NCBI RefSeq assembly: GCF_009914755.1
Contig: NC_060931.1
Strand: one strand, 5' to 3'
Source of the DNA: the human T2T-CHM13v2.0 reference genome, Homo sapiens
Length of the DNA: 64,000 nucleotides
In this document: piece after piece, positions 1 through 16,239 of the stretch
How positions within the stretch are numbered: the first letter of the stretch is position 1
Layout: each line of letters opens with the position of its first letter
Translations under genes and position numbers: made by a program
The notes under the pieces: generated by a model
Told to the model about the DNA's origin: nothing
Database searches by the model: none
What the model saw: the letters and a program-made list of their open reading frames with translations, nothing else

Positions 1-305
1 AAATTACAATTTTTATACCTATTCAGAAGTAGAGAAAATAGTACAATGACCGCTAAAATACCCATTCCTCAATTTCTGTGATCTTTAAGATTGTCCCACG
101 TTTTGTTCTTCTGTTCTTTTACCTCCCTTTGCAGGAATATTGTAAAGCAAATCAGTCATCACATCATTTTATCTGTTCAGTGTGCATCCCCGAACAGCAT
201 TTATGTATTCCTACACAGCCACTATCTCATCACATCTGACAAAATGAACAATGATTTTTTTGGTATCAGCTCATATGCAGCCCTTAGCTGAGTCTCCTCA
301 CTCTT

Positions 306-619
306 TTCTTTCTTTCTTTTTTTTTTTTTTTTTTTTTGAGACAGAGTCTTGCACTGTCGCCCAGGCTGCAGTGCAATGGTCTAATCTCGGCTCACTGCAG
401 CCTCTGCCCCCTGTGCTCCAACAATTCTCCTGCCTCAGCCTCCTGAGGAGCTGGGATTACAGGCGCATGCCACCACACCCGGCTAATTTTTGTATTTTTA
501 GTAGAGACGGGGTTTCGCCATATTGGCCAGGCTGGTCTTGAACTCCTGACCTCAGGTGATCCTCCCACCTCGGCCTCCCCGAGTGCTGGGATTACAGGTG
601 TGAGCCACTGCACCTAGCC
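306..619 (-). mobile_element. AluS element
   Basis: Poly-T followed by antisense Alu body ending cacctagcc; near-identical flanks agt(c/t)tcctcactctt at 291-305 and 621-635 (TSD). Confidence 0.95.
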
Positions 620-935
620 AAGTTTCCTCACTCTTACCTGAACAGTATCTCATTTTCTCATTATCTGAAAAATTTTGCTTTAAATCTGGATCCAAACAAT
701 CTTCATGTGCTAACTTTGGTTGTTATGCCTCTTGTAATCTAAACAGGCCTCTGCTTACTTTTTAAATTTCCCATTCCATTAATTCTTTGTGCAAAGTTTT
801 TTATTTTTATTTATTTTTTTAATAGCATGCTCACAAGGTTGAAGGGGTAGTAAAGAAGATCTTGTTGTTTCCGTGTAGATGAAAGTTTAGCCTGAAATGT
901 GCCAGTTTGCAGCAACCAAAGGAGGAGGGTTATTA

Positions 936-1314
<379 letters not shown>

Positions 1315-1646
1315 TCATTTCTGGAATTAAAACAATAAAATGACATTTCTACTAAAATGTTTTTCTAGCTAGAGGTGACAAGTGTGGCCATAAGTCCTTC
1401 ATGGAAAAGCCTGGCTCTGAACTGCAGTCCTGGCACTTTCCATTGCCCCTGAAGTCCCCAATCCTGTACACAGCCATCTTCATCAGTGCAAGAATAGTGA
1501 CCACTGCCTCCATGGTGTTTAGAGGCACCATGGTGGCTCACAGTACACCTAAGTACTTGAATGAAGTCTAATTTGCTGGATTTTATCTGCTCTGTTATTC
1601 CTGGGTCAGTCTTAAGAGTGACTAAATATTGATGATTGAGTTTCTT

Positions 1647-1957
1647 TTCTTTTCTTTTCTTTTCTTTTTTTTTTGAGGCAGAGTTTTACTCTCGTTGCCC
1701 AGGCTAGAGTCCAGTGGTGTGATCTCCACTCACTGCAACCTCCACCTCCTGGGTTCAGGTGAGTCTCCTGCCTCAGCCTCCTGAGTAGCTGGGATTACAG
1801 AAATGCGCCACCATACCTGGCTAATTTTTGTGTTTTTAGCAGAGATGGGGTTTCACCAAGTTGGTCAGGCTGGTCTTGAACTCCTGAACTCAGGTGACCC
1901 ACCCGCCTTGGCCTTTCAATGTGCTGGAATGACAGGCATGAGCCACCATACCCGGCC
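1647..1957 (-). mobile_element. AluS element
   Basis: Antisense Alu; tgatgattgagtttctt repeated on both sides (1630-1646, 1963-1979). Confidence 0.93.
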
Positions 1958-2259
1958 TGATGTGATGATTGAGTTTCTTACTATATCTGTGTTCCTGCAG
2001 AATTTTAGTGGCTGAAGAAAATACACTAGTGTTGATTTTCTTTTTCATGAAAGAAGTAATTTATTCTTCATATAATTACTTGCCAGTCATGGGAAGGAAA
2101 TGTCAGGGTTTTTGTACACAATGATAGGAATTATTGTTACATTACAGGGTGACTCTGCGAACTCCTTTTGAAAAAACTCTCATCATATCAGGACTGTTTT
2201 ACTAGCTGTTAGACCACCATTGTACTGGCTACTATAACATTTCTTGGTATTCTTTCTTG

Positions 2260-2766
2260 ACTTGAACTAATTATTTCCTACTTGCCACACTAAAGGTAAG
2301 AGATTACATGTACTTCCTGTTATATTTCACTGCATTAAGACATTCTTTATCAGCATTTCTTAAAATCATAGAGAGTCATTGGCCAATATCTTTGTGGGAC
2401 TTGCAGTTGGTTTCTTAGCTTTTTAAGTTATGTTATTTAATGGACCTCTTTTTCTTTTTTCTTTTTTTTTTTTTTAAATTTCACTGGAAATGTCACATTT
2501 GCAATCCTACTTTATGCATGTTTCCATGGCTTTTTTGAGCCGCCTGTAGAGGACTACACTACAAGTTTAATTCTGCAGGTTTCTTCGCAAAGAGTCAAAC
2601 TGTATGAATTTTAATACTCTACTCTTATAAAACATCTCCTTTTGTATTTTTTTCCTACAACATACTAAAGTAATTCTGTGCTTATTTTACAACTTTCAGT
2701 CCCCAAAAAGACCATGAAGGCCTGAGAGTAATGAAAATCTTCCTGAAATTGAGGTCACTGTGGAAG
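2260..2766 (+). pseudogene. GTF2IP: Unprocessed GTF2I (TFII-I)/GTF2IRD2-like pseudogene fragment, two decayed exons (~2260-2295 and ~2693-2766)
   Basis: 2700-2765 translates [21 protein letters not shown] followed by a G|GTAAG donor; recalled GTF2I is [22 protein letters not shown]. 2261-2295 gives LELIISYLP..TK with an AAG|GTAAG donor; recalled GTF2I is PELVISYLPPGMASKINTK, so there is an internal deletion. The ~400-bp intron is retained and there is an in-frame TGA at 2715-2717. Confidence 0.85.
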
Positions 2767-3889
2767 GTAAGGGCCAGTCATTGGCATGTTTCTGTTGATT
2801 CTTCAGTTTAATAGTTATGCTAATTCACTAGCTATGTGTTTATGCAGATGAAGTTAACCAAACTAGTTTTACATGTGAACAGCTGCCTTTGATAAAGCTA
2901 AATTTCTGAAAGTTTTTAATTCAAATTTTGAAAATCATTAGCAGAAAATAAATAACTTTGATCACATCATAAACTGCATTCAGGAAAATCTCCACAATGC
3001 TTTTCCTTTATTACAACAAATAAGAATGGAGAGGGGCACGTGGAATGTTTCTTGATCTTTTGTCCTCTTTGTTTTTTCTGTTCTTTTAAGGAAAGAAAGT
3101 TTAGGGGTAGTTTAAACAGCAGTGCCTGGAATGAAAATATTTCCTACAACACCCTCTAATGTACTTCCTTTTCTCCATGCCCACGGGGTCTCCAGGATTC
3201 TCATCTTTTCATGTTTACAATATTAAAATACTTCATACAGTGCCAAAGACAGTTCCCAGCCAACCATCAAATATGGGTATTTCTTCCATCTCCTCATGAA
3301 TGCAAAAGGAAATAACTGCATTAGGATTTTTTTTTTTTTGAGACAGATTAGGGCTGTAGGAATAGTGTTACCAGGAATAACTTGTGGATTGTTTACTACT
3401 GCAGTCAGCTGTGATTTTCCAAATAGGGAGATGCCTGTTTTTCTCACATAAGAGTAATTGTGCTGGTAGGCTCAGGCTGACATTGGTTCAGTTGCTCAAA
3501 CATGGTAAGACTGGCTTCCCTGTGCTTCTCTTCACTTTTCTTTCTGGTGCACGGTGATGGAGGGAGCTCCTGTCATCATGTCTCCATCCAAGCAGGACAT
3601 AAATAAGTAAAGAAAATGCAGCATGAGCCCTGCCTGTAACCATGATCAGGAAAAGCAAGAGGCGTTTTTTGAATCCTAGCACAATTTTGCATAAGTCTCT
3701 TGGTTTTAAAAAAGATGAATTTTAAAATAGTAAAATAATATAAAGCACAAATTCTGAGGCCAAAGTGATAGGATTTAAATCTGTGCTCTGCCACTTAGGA
3801 AAATTACTTAAATTCTCTGTTATTTAGGTTGCACCCTGTAAAATGGGAGGAGGAAAATAATATTTGACTCATAGTTTTTAAAAATCGAG

Positions 3890-4214
<325 letters not shown>

Positions 4215-4529
4215 GAGATATTTCTTTAATAAACAACTGCTGTCATTTCAGACCACTTGCTATTTAGGCACTTAGGAATTTTTTACTAGAAGGCATGTAA
4301 AGAAAGATGATGGGCATTTGTAATGGATTCAGCATTCATCATTTGACTGCATGACTGACCCCCAGAGATATGATTTTATTAAAGAATTTTTCAGAAGCCA
4401 CTTAGCTAGTAACTGAGCCTAACCAGACACCCACCCTCACCATTCAGTGCTCTTTTGTTCTTCTCTGTTTCTCCTCAAACTTTATTACTCTCACAAAGTG
4501 ATAAAAACTTGCATTTCTTTTCTTTCCTT

Positions 4530-4742
4530 TGTAGAGACAGGGTCTTGCTCTGTTACTCAGGCTGCAGTGCAGTGGTGTGATCATGGCTTGCTGTAGCGTC
4601 ATATTCCTGGGATCAAGTAATACTCCCACCTCAGCTTCCCAAGGAGCTGGGACTATAGACGTACAACAGCATGCAAAGCTAAATTTTTTATTTTTTATTT
4701 TATTTATTTATTTTTATTTGTTTTTGAGATGGAGGTTTTTGT

Positions 4743-4773
<31 letters not shown>

Positions 4774-4895
4774 GTTTTAAAGACAGGGCCTCACTGTGCT
4801 TCCCAGGCTGGTCTCAAACTCCTGGCCTCAAGCAATCCTCCTGCCTTGGCTTCTGAAATTGCTGGAATTATAAGCAGGGGGTACAATACCTGGCC
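4530..4895 (-). mobile_element. AluJ-type element with T-rich internal expansion
   Basis: Diverged antisense Alu arms with (gtttt)n between them. Confidence 0.8.
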
Positions 4896-5318
4896 TCCTA
4901 TGTTCTCTAGCCTTCTCTTTGCTTTTTGGTAGCCAATCTCTCATTATGCTGTTGCCTTGTTATAATTAATACTTTTTTGTTTTGAATTTTACCACTTTAA
5001 ATTTTCGAGTGGTTTGTGTCTCCTGATTGGACTCCTACAAATAAAGAATTGATGCTAGGAAGGGTACCAGGAGATGGACCCACACAGATGGGATTTGGGC
5101 ATAGGTTTGGTTATCCAAGGGGCAGCGCTGAGCTCCTTGCCAATGGGATATGGGATGCTGGTCATTTCCAGGAAGTGACCTCACAATGACTCAAACTACC
5201 ACTTACTGTTGATTGTGATGAATTGCCAGCTGAGGCACATACCTTGGGAGCTAAGTAGTTGCTGCACTTGACCACTATGAAGATTGGTGTGGGAAGGGTC
5301 CTTTTGGATGCACTTGAG

Positions 5319-5817
5319 CAGGGGCCCCTAATCCCTGGGTCACAGGCCTGTATTGGGCCACACAGCAGGAGGTGAGCAGCGGGTGGGTGAGTGAAGCTTC
5401 ATCTGTATTTACAGCCACTCCCCACATTACTGCCTGATCTCGGGCTCCTGTCAGATCAGCGGCAGCTTTAGATTCTCATAGGAGCACGAATCCTATTGTG
5501 AACTGTGCATGTGAGGGATCTACCTTGCTCTGTTCTTATGAGAATCTAATGCCTGATAATCTATGACTGTCTCACATCACCCCCAGATGGGACCATCTAG
5601 TTGCAGAAAAACAAGCTCAGGACTCCCACTGATTCTACATTATGGTGAGTTACATAATTATTTCATTACATACTACAATATAATAATAATAGAAATAACG
5701 TACACAATAAATGTAATTTACTTGAAATATTCCAAAACTGACCTGCTGCCCCCAGTCTGTGGAAAAATTGTCTTCCACAAAACCAGTCCCTGGTGCCAAA
5801 AAAATTGGGGACCGCTG
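5319..5817 (+). mobile_element. MER1A hAT-Charlie DNA transposon, complete (copy 1)
   Basis: Termini caggggcccc...ggggaccgctg; perfect 8-bp TSD cacttgag at 5311-5318 and 5818-5825; internal ccttatgagaatctaatgcctga-like and atgggaccatctagttgcag motifs. Confidence 0.92.
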
Positions 5818-6259
5818 CACTTGAGCACTTACAGAGAGACAAACAAAAAGTTCAAGTCTTTACCTCTCAGCATAAGTTGCGGTCTAAGATCCAGAGAGCT
5901 TCCATGATAGCCCAAACACAATTCCTTATTTTTTGTATCCACAGGGCTGATATTGAAAATCAAACACAAACTTAAATGTGCGGGTTGCTGAATTGCAATG
6001 ACAGTTGAATTCACCTACCCTCCAGCCACATGGAATGTCAGTTTCCTTCCGGGACTTTACTGGTCCTTGAGGAAACCCTCTCCCTACCCCCATCATCACT
6101 CTTTCACTCTCATCTTTGCTCATCTTTAGCCTCAGCTGAGATGTCTCACCTCACTCTCTATGATGCAACGAGAAGCCCCTTGGGAGCGTTTCAGTCCCTC
6201 TCTATACTCCTGTCATTGTGCTCATCACAGTCTGGTAAGTGTTGACATACGATTCCTCC

Positions 6260-6372
6260 TATATTAGTCCATTTTCCATTGCTATAAGGAAACACCTGAG
6301 GCTAGGTAGTTTATAAAGAAAAAAGGTTTATTTGGCTCACAGTTCTGCAGACTGTACAAGTAGCATGGTTCC
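6260..6372. mobile_element. MST-type MaLR LTR end fragment
   Basis: tattagtccattttccattgctataaggaaacacctgaggctagg...ggctcacagttctgcag matches the recalled MST/THE1 terminus. Confidence 0.7.
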
Positions 6373-6373
6373 A

Positions 6374-6620
6374 GGCTGGGCCATGGCCCACACCTGTAAC
6401 CCCAGCACTTTGAGATGCTGAGGCAAAAGGATTGCTTGAGCCCAGAAGTTTGAAACAAGCCTGGGGAACATGGTGAGACCTTGTTTCTACTAAAAATAAA
6501 AAAAGTAGCCAGGTATGATGGTACACTAATGCATGCCTGTTGTCCCAGCCACCTTGGAGGCCAAGGTAAAAAGATCTGGGAAAGTGCTGGGATTATTGGC
6601 ATGAGCGACCACATCTGGCC
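6374..6620. mobile_element. Truncated sense Alu fused to a short antisense Alu end
   Basis: Sense Alu 6374-6570 stops mid right arm; aaagtgctgggatta...tctggcc (antisense Alu 5' end) follows at 6581-6620. Confidence 0.75.
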
Positions 6621-6915
6621 AGTTTATTTTCTATTACTGGCTCAATGTAAAGGCTGCATCTCAGGAACAGCCAATGAAAGAGATGCACAGGGTAAGGTAA
6701 GTGGGAAAAGGGGCACTTCCATGCCCTCTGTTGGGCACACTACCCTTCCAGCACCTCCTTGTGTTCAGCAAAACAGAAGCTCTCCAAACCGTATTGTTTA
6801 GGGTTTTCATGGAGGCATGATAAAATCATTGGCCATTGGTCATTAAATCTCCAGACCCTTTTGCCTCCTGGAGTTCAGCGAGTGAGGCTGAAAGTTCCAA
6901 GCCTCAAAAAATGTG
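6621..6915. mobile_element. MER21-like LTR fragment (paralog of 17110-17750)
   Basis: catctcaggaacagccaatgaaagagatgcacagggtaagg and gaggctgaaagttccaagcctc are shared with the 16.5-17.9 kb element. Confidence 0.6.
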
Positions 6916-6919
6916 GTTG

Positions 6920-7380
6920 GGGCCAGATGCAGTGTCTCAGCCTGTAATCCCATAACTTTGGGAGGCCAAGGCGGTGGATCACTTGAGTTCAGGGGTTCAA
7001 GACCAACCTGAACAACGTAGTGAAACTCCGTCTCTACTAAAAAAACAAAAATTAGCTGGGCATGGTAGCGGGCACCTGTATGTAGTCCCAGCTACTCGGG
7101 AGGCTGAGGCAGGAGAATCATTTGAACCCAGGAGGTGGAAGTTTCAGTGAACCGAGATCACATCACTGTACTCCAGCCTGGGTGACAGCGAGACTCTGTC
7201 TCAAAAAAAAAAAAAAAAAAAAGTTGAAAAAAATTAGCCAGGCGTGTCAGCTCCTAGGGAGGCCAAGGCAGGAGGATTGTTTAAGCCTGAGAGGTTGAGG
7301 TTGCTGTGAGCTGTGACTGCACCACTGTACTTTATCCTGGGCAATAGAGAAAGACCCTGTTTCAAAAAGAAAGAAAGAAA
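6920..7380 (+). mobile_element. AluS followed by an AluJ right arm
   Basis: Full Alu with poly-A to ~7222, then attagccaggcgtg...ccctgtttcaaaaag. Confidence 0.85.
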
Positions 7381-7384
7381 TGAG

Positions 7385-7990
7385 CATGATGGAAATGGGG
7401 ACAGATGGCAATGTTAAGTAGAGTGGTCAGGGTTGGCCTCATAAGTGAAAATTGAGCAAAAGTTTGAAGCAGGTGATGGAGCTGGCCAAGGTGCTGAGGG
7501 AAGAGCACTGTAGGCTGAATCAACAGGATAAAGGCATTGGGAGGAAACTCCCTGGTGTGTCTGAGGCTCTGGAAGGAGGCCAGTGGAGCAAACACATAGA
7601 GGGAGAGAAGTAGGGGAGGAGCCAGGGAGTTGCTGGGCTGGGATCAGTACAGATCGTGTAAGCCCTGGGAGGCCATTGCTGGGGCTTTGGCTTTTACTCT
7701 GACTAAAATGGGAACTGTGGGGTGGTTCTGAGCAGAGAGGCAACATGATCTGTCTCCTGATTTAAAAGCACCCCCTGGCTGCTGAGTTGAGAAAGACTGT
7801 GGGAAGATTTGGGTAGAAGCACAGGGGCCAAGCTGTGGCAACATCCAGGTGGGAGATGATAGTGGTCCTGACCAGGGTCATGGTGGTGGTGAGAGATGGT
7901 CAGAGCCCGGATACATGTTGAAGTCAGTCAATAGGATTTCCTGACAGACTGGATGTGAACTGCGAGAGAAGGTGGGAGTCAAGCTTGAGT
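7385..7990 (-). mobile_element. L2 LINE 3' fragment (copy 1)
   Basis: gtggtcaggg...ggaaggaggccagtggagc...ttctgagcagag...gacagactggatgtg, typical of antisense L2. Confidence 0.7.
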
Positions 7991-8083
7991 TTGATTCTAA
8001 TTGAATTATTAATTAAAAAAAACACTACTACCTTTCTCAGTCCTACTAAGTAAAGGATGCAAGATTAAAGAAGTCTCAAGTCA

Positions 8084-8530
8084 GGCCAGATGCAGTGTCT
8101 CACACCTATAGTTCCAACAGCTTGAGAGGCAGAGATGGGAGTACGTTTTAAGGCCGTGAGTTTGAGAGCAGCCTGGGCAACATAGCAAGACCTCCTCTCT
8201 ACAAAAATAAAAGAAATTTAATAAAATAAAATAAATATAGCTGGGCATGGTGGTGTGCACCTATAGCCTCAGTTACTCAGGAGGTCGAGGTAGGCAGATC
8301 TCTTGAAGCTAGGAGTTTGAGGCCAGCTTGGGCAATATAGCAAGACTTCTCTCTTTACAAAAATGAAAAAAATAGTGTGACATGGTGTTACTTGCCTGTA
8401 TTCCCAGGTACTGGGGCAGCTGAGGCAGGAGCATCTCTGGAGCCCAGTTGGTGAAGGCTGTAGTGAGCTATGATTATACCACTGCACTCCAGCCTGGGTG
8501 ACAGACTGGGACCCTGTCTCAAAATACAAA
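8084..8530 (+). mobile_element. AluJ/FLAM cluster (three arms)
   Basis: Successive diverged Alu monomers; paralogous to 26205-26640. Confidence 0.75.
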
Positions 8531-8983
8531 TACAAATGAAATGAAATCTGAAGTCAGACCAGTCCCTTCTAGGCTATGCAGTCCTTACAACCGCATAGCC
8601 ATGTGATCGGGTTTTTGTGGCTGTGGATGAGGAGACCTCTTTCCAGTTGTTGTTGGCTATATAATCAGTTTATTTTTAAATATAGTAATCAAATACGTTT
8701 CCTCATACTTGATCATCTCAGATATGTGTGGGTTTTGAAATTCTCCTTGAAAGAAATTGTAACACCTTATTGGCTCCATCATTCCATAATTTTTTTATCT
8801 GATCAGTTTTTTAAAAGATCAGAATTGATATTAGACCACCAAGTCAGTTTTGATTAATGAGAAAATGAAATTGCATTGTTTGCACTTTATCCAAGATTGG
8901 TGTCATATTGGCTAAATCAAATCAAAACACAAAATTAGAACTTTTTTATCATGAAACTATGTCATTCTTGAAGAAGATGCCAT

Positions 8984-9278
<295 letters not shown>

Positions 9279-9599
9279 CTCCATTTCTTTTTTGTAGTCT
9301 TTAGTAAACAGCTGCTATCATTGCAGACTTGCTATTCAGACACTTAGGAATTTTTCACTAGGAGGCATGTAAAGAAAGACCATGAGCATTTGTAATGAAT
9401 TTAGCATTCATTCTTTGACTGCATGGCTATCCCCAGAGCTGTAACTTTACTAATGAATTTTTTAGAAGCTGATAAGCTAGCAACTGAGCCTAACCAGCCA
9501 CTCACCTTCATTATTCAGTGCCCTTTTATTCTTGTCTATTTCTCCACCAACTTGGCTACACTCACAAAGTGGTAAAAACTTGCATTTCTTTTCTTTCCT

Positions 9600-9893
9600 T
9601 TTTAGAGACAGAGTTTTGCTCTGTTACCCAGGCTGCAGTACAGTGACATGATCATGGGTCACTGTAGCTTCAAACTCCTGGGCTCAAGCAATCCTCCCAT
9701 GTCAGTCTCCCAGGTAGCTGGGACTACAGACATGTGCCACCATGCCCAGCTAATTTTTTTATTTTTTTATCATAGAGACGGGATCTTGCTAGGTTGCTCA
9801 GACTGGGCTCAAACTTCTGACCTCAAGTGATCCTCCTGCCTCAGCCTCCCAAAGAGCTGGGATTACAGGCAGGCATGACTACCTGTGCCCAGC
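9600..9893 (-). mobile_element. AluJ element
   Basis: Antisense Alu with J-type ctcctgggctcaagcaatcctcc. Confidence 0.85.
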
Positions 9894-9914
9894 CCCTTAT
9901 TATTATTATTTAAA

Positions 9915-10770
9915 ATAATAGCTTTATTAAAATATAATTCACATACCATTCACTTTATTTATTGAAATCTGCAATTCAGTAGGTTTTAGAGTATTCCCAG
10001 AGCTGTACATCGATCACCACAGTCACTTTTAGAAACTTTCATTACTCTATAGAGAAATCCGCACCCCTTAGCCACTACCTCCTACTCCCCCGACCTGCCT
10101 TGGCCACCAGCCTTAGGCAACCATTGATCCATTTTTTTGTCACTATAGATTTGCCTAACCTGGACAAATAGAATTGTATAATATGTGGTCTTTTGTGGCT
10201 TTTTTTCCCTCTCAGCACAATGTTTTCAAAGTTCCTTTATGTCATAGTGTGTATCAATATTTCATTGCTTCTATGGCTGAATAATATTCTGTGGTAGAGA
10301 CACACTGCATTTTGTTTATCTGTTCATCAGTTGGTGGACATTTGGGTTTTTTCCATGTATTGGCCATTATGAATAATGGTGCTATGAAGATTGCTGTACA
10401 AGTTTTTGTGTGGACATATATTTTTATTTCTCTGGGATATATGCCTAGGAGTGAAATTGTTGCATTATACGACGACTGTACATTTAGCATTTTGAGACAC
10501 TGCCAGACTGTTTTCTAAAGTGGCTACACCAACTGGGTGCAATGGCTCACAGCTGTAATCCTAGCTACTCAGGAGGCTCAGTTGTGAGGATGGCTTGAGC
10601 CCATGAGTTCAAGACAAGCCTGGGCAAGATAGTGAGACCCTGTCTTGATTTTTTTAAAAATCCAGTTAAAATGACAAGAAAAGAAATACCCAAGCAAAGT
10701 GGTTACATGATTTTATGTTCCCACCAGTAATGTATGTGGGGTTCCAATTCCTCCACATCTTCACTGACAT
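9915..10770 (-). mobile_element. Old L1M (L1MB-like) 3' fragment interrupted by a FLAM/Alu monomer (~10532-10650)
   Basis: Minus-strand ORF 10254-10490 reads LLGIYPREIKIYVHTKTCT..NTWKKPKCP..EYYSAI (L1 ORF2 C-terminus); gctttattaaaatataattcacataccat marks the 3' end. Confidence 0.85.
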
Positions 10771-10774
10771 TTTT

Positions 10775-11930
<1,156 letters not shown>

Positions 11931-12129
11931 CCCTATCCTGCCTATTGAGAACCAAAAGAAGGATCCAAATTCTCCTTAGCTCAACTCGAGCCATTTCCCG
12001 ATTGCTTCATCAGCAAGGAGCTGGTTATTGGGCTGTCCAGGCCTCCCAAACTGCACAGAAATGAGGTGAGGGAGTTTTTCTGCTGCTCCACTCTGTGAGG
12101 AGTTGGAGGATGATATTTACTTGTTTGCA

Positions 12130-12660
12130 GAGAGAGATGCATTGTAGGCACCTTAGGATGGAGGGGACCCTGATTCCAATGTCCTTTTTTTTCTTTAGAA
12201 ACAGGACCTTGCTGTGTCACTCAGGCTGGAGTTCAGTGGTCCTATCACGGCTCATTGTAGCCTCAAACTCCCAGGCTCAAGCGATCCTACCACTTCAACC
12301 TTCCCAGTAGCTGGGACTACAGGTAAGCACCATGGCACACAGTGATTATTATTATTCTTTTTTTAGTAGAGATGGGGCCTCTCACTATGTTGCCAGGGCT
12401 GGCCTTGAACTTCTGCACGCAAGGGAATTTCCTGGCTTGGCCTCCCAAAGTATTGGTATTACAGGGATAAGCCATTGTGCCCACCATCTCTGGTTCTTAA
12501 CTTTCTGCCTCCCTCTTCCACATTTAAAGAACACTTGTAATTACATGGGCTCTTCTAGATACTCCAGGATAATATTATTTTAAGGTCAGCTGATTAGCAA
12601 CATTAATTTCATCTGCACTCTTAATTCCCCCTTCCTATGTATTTGTGCAGTGTAACATAG
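12130..12660. mobile_element. MLT1-like MaLR LTR remnant with AluJ(-) inserted at ~12185-12490
   Basis: tttaaagaacacttgtaattacatgggc...ccaggataat...ttaaggtcagctgattagcaac; antisense Alu inside. Confidence 0.65.
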
Positions 12661-12714
12661 GACATGAGCAATTGGTGGGGTCGGGGGGGTCATTACTTTG
12701 GCCACCACAGTAAC

Positions 12715-13280
12715 TTTTTTGTGCCAGGTACTCAGCTAAGCCCTGGTGAATTAAGCATGAATAATACATACTCGCTAATCTCCAACCATTCATGGGAGGA
12801 GCATTTCACCTCCCATGCTCCTGAGAATCTGGAGAGTCAAGGAAGGCTTCCAGGAGGAGGTGATGCCAAAGCGGACAAGTGACAGGAGCCAAAGCTAGCC
12901 AGGAAGAGAGTAGAGGTTTAAGGGGAAGTGTACTCTTTAAGCAGAGGGCATCACCTACTTCAGAGACTCCCAGAGGGGAAAGAGTGTGGATTCAGGATTC
13001 AGCTCCTTATGAGAATCTAATTCCTGATTCAGGGGGCAGATGAGACTCAGTTGGACTCCACAGCAGGTAAAATGGAGAGGGGCAAGCAGTGAGGCTGCTT
13101 TGCAAGGCAGGGCAGAGCAGGGGCTTTTAAGGAGTTTGGACTTAATCCCCGAGACAAGGAGAAGTGATGTAAATGGGGGAGTAAAGTGATGAGATTAATG
13201 GATTAGAGACATGGCTCAGGCTGCTGTGTGGAGAAGGCACCACGGGGAGCAGATGGCTCAGTGGGTGTGCAGGAGACCTA
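12715..13280 (-). mobile_element. L2 fragment
   Basis: gtgccaggtact...agtcaaggaaggcttccaggaggaggtga...aaggagtttggactt motifs. Confidence 0.55.
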
Positions 13281-13418
13281 AAGCAGGGGACACACTGAGT
13301 TTAGGGAGAGGTTTTTAAAATAGAAGAAGTTTGAGTAATTTAGATGATGGTGGGAAGGAGCTAAAAGAGGGGGATAGGTTAAAGATACAGGGAAGTGGGA
13401 GGAAGAACTGACAAGTGA

Positions 13419-14510
<1,092 letters not shown>

Positions 14511-14857
14511 ATTCTAGTTTAAACTTTTGAGTGGTTTGTGTCTCCTGATTGGACTCGTACAAATACAGAATTGATGATAGGAAGGATTCCAGGAGATAGA
14601 CGCACACAGATGGGATTTGGGCATAGGTTTGGTTATCCAAGGAGCAGTGCTCAGCTGCTTTCCAATGGGACATGGGATGCTGGTCATTTCCAGGAAGTGA
14701 CCTCACAATGACTCAAGCTACCACTTACTGTTGATTGTGATGAAATGCCAGCTGAGCCATAGGCCCTGCGAGCTTAGGAGTGCTACACTTGAACACTGTG
14801 GCAGTAAATATGACTCTGAAGAAGGGCATGGGATGGATCCTTTCAGATGCACTTTAG

Positions 14858-15309
14858 CAGGGGTCTCCAACCACAGGGCCACAGAGCCGGAGGTGAACAG
14901 TAGGCGAGTGAGGGAAAACTTCATCTGTATTTCTAGCCCTCCCATCACTTGCATGACCACCTAAGCATGATGTCCTGTCACATCAGCAGCAGCATTAGAT
15001 TCTTCTAGGAGCACAAACCCTGTTATGTGCATGTGAGGGATCTAGGTTTCGTGCTCCTTATGAGAATCTAATGCCTGATGATCTAATGCCTGGGGTGACT
15101 GTCTCCCATCACCCCAGATGGACAGTCTAGTTGCAGGAAAACAAGCTCAGCGATCCCACTGATTCTACATTTTAGTGAGTTGTAGAATTATTTCATTATA
15201 TATTACAATGTAATAATAATAGAAATAAAGTGCGCAATATACGTAATGCACTTGAATCATCCTGAAATCATTTCCTTCACCCCAGGTCTTTGGAAAAATT
15301 GTCTTCCAC
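14858..15309 (+). mobile_element. MER1A (copy 2), right end truncated
   Basis: Preceded by cactttag (variant of the copy 1 TSD); same internal motifs; ends at ggaaaaattgtcttccac. Confidence 0.88.
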
Positions 15310-16239
15310 ACATTCACTCTGTTATTTTTTGGTAGAGACAGGGCCTTAATATGTTTTCCAGGCTGATATCAAACTGCTGGCCTCGAGTAATATACCTCTC
15401 TCAGCCTCCCAAAGTGTTGAGATTACAGGCAGAAGCCACCACGCTCAACCAAGACTGAGTTTTTTAAACCAAATAAAAATTAAATGAGATTACCTGAGCC
15501 CAGGTGGTCAAGGCTGCAGTGAGCCCTGATTGCAGCACTGCACTCCAACCTAGGTGACAGAATGAGATTCTGTCTCAAAAAATAAAATAAAATAAAATAC
15601 AAATTAATCCTTTATGACATTCCCAGTAAGTTTCCCTCCTAAGTGTTCCCCAAAAGGCTATGAATTTAGTTAAAGTTTCACATACCATTTAAAACATTTA
15701 AGAACTTATGTCTGTCTGTGTCACCGTTCTATTTCAAAAGAATGTCTTTTTGTCACTTCCAGCTGGATCTACCATGAAAGACTTCAGAGTCCAGGAAGAG
15801 AGACTGACTGGGCAACATGTTATTCAGGTACAAAAAGACTTGGAATATAACTCAAAAATGATCAAATAATAGTTCATGCATCAAGTGCAATGGGAAGCTC
15901 TTCTGGAGGGTGAGAGAAGGTTCCAGTTAAGGTGACTTTTGAAGCCAAGTCCTGAAAGATGAGGAAGAGTTGTATGAGAATGGGGTGGGAAGGGGGAGGT
16001 GGAGGGGAATGGGCTGGGGTGGGATGGAGTGAGCTGCCCAGACAGGGAAACCAGCACTGTAATGACCTGAACAATGAAGATGGCACATTTTTTTTTTTCA
16101 GGAAGTGGTGAATTAAGTGTGGCAGGAATACTTTGTAGCGACAGTAATTTGCTTGTATGGAATTTTGCCTGAGAGACCTCACTACAGTTTCTAATCTTTT
16201 GATGTTATCATCCATCTCTGTCCTTGTCAAATAGTTTGG

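Noticed and set aside
1369-1572. Stop-free stretch after a ttttctag acceptor-like site (RGDKCGHKSFMEKPG...)
   Set aside because: I could not match it to GTF2I or any other protein I recognise, and there is no clear donor.
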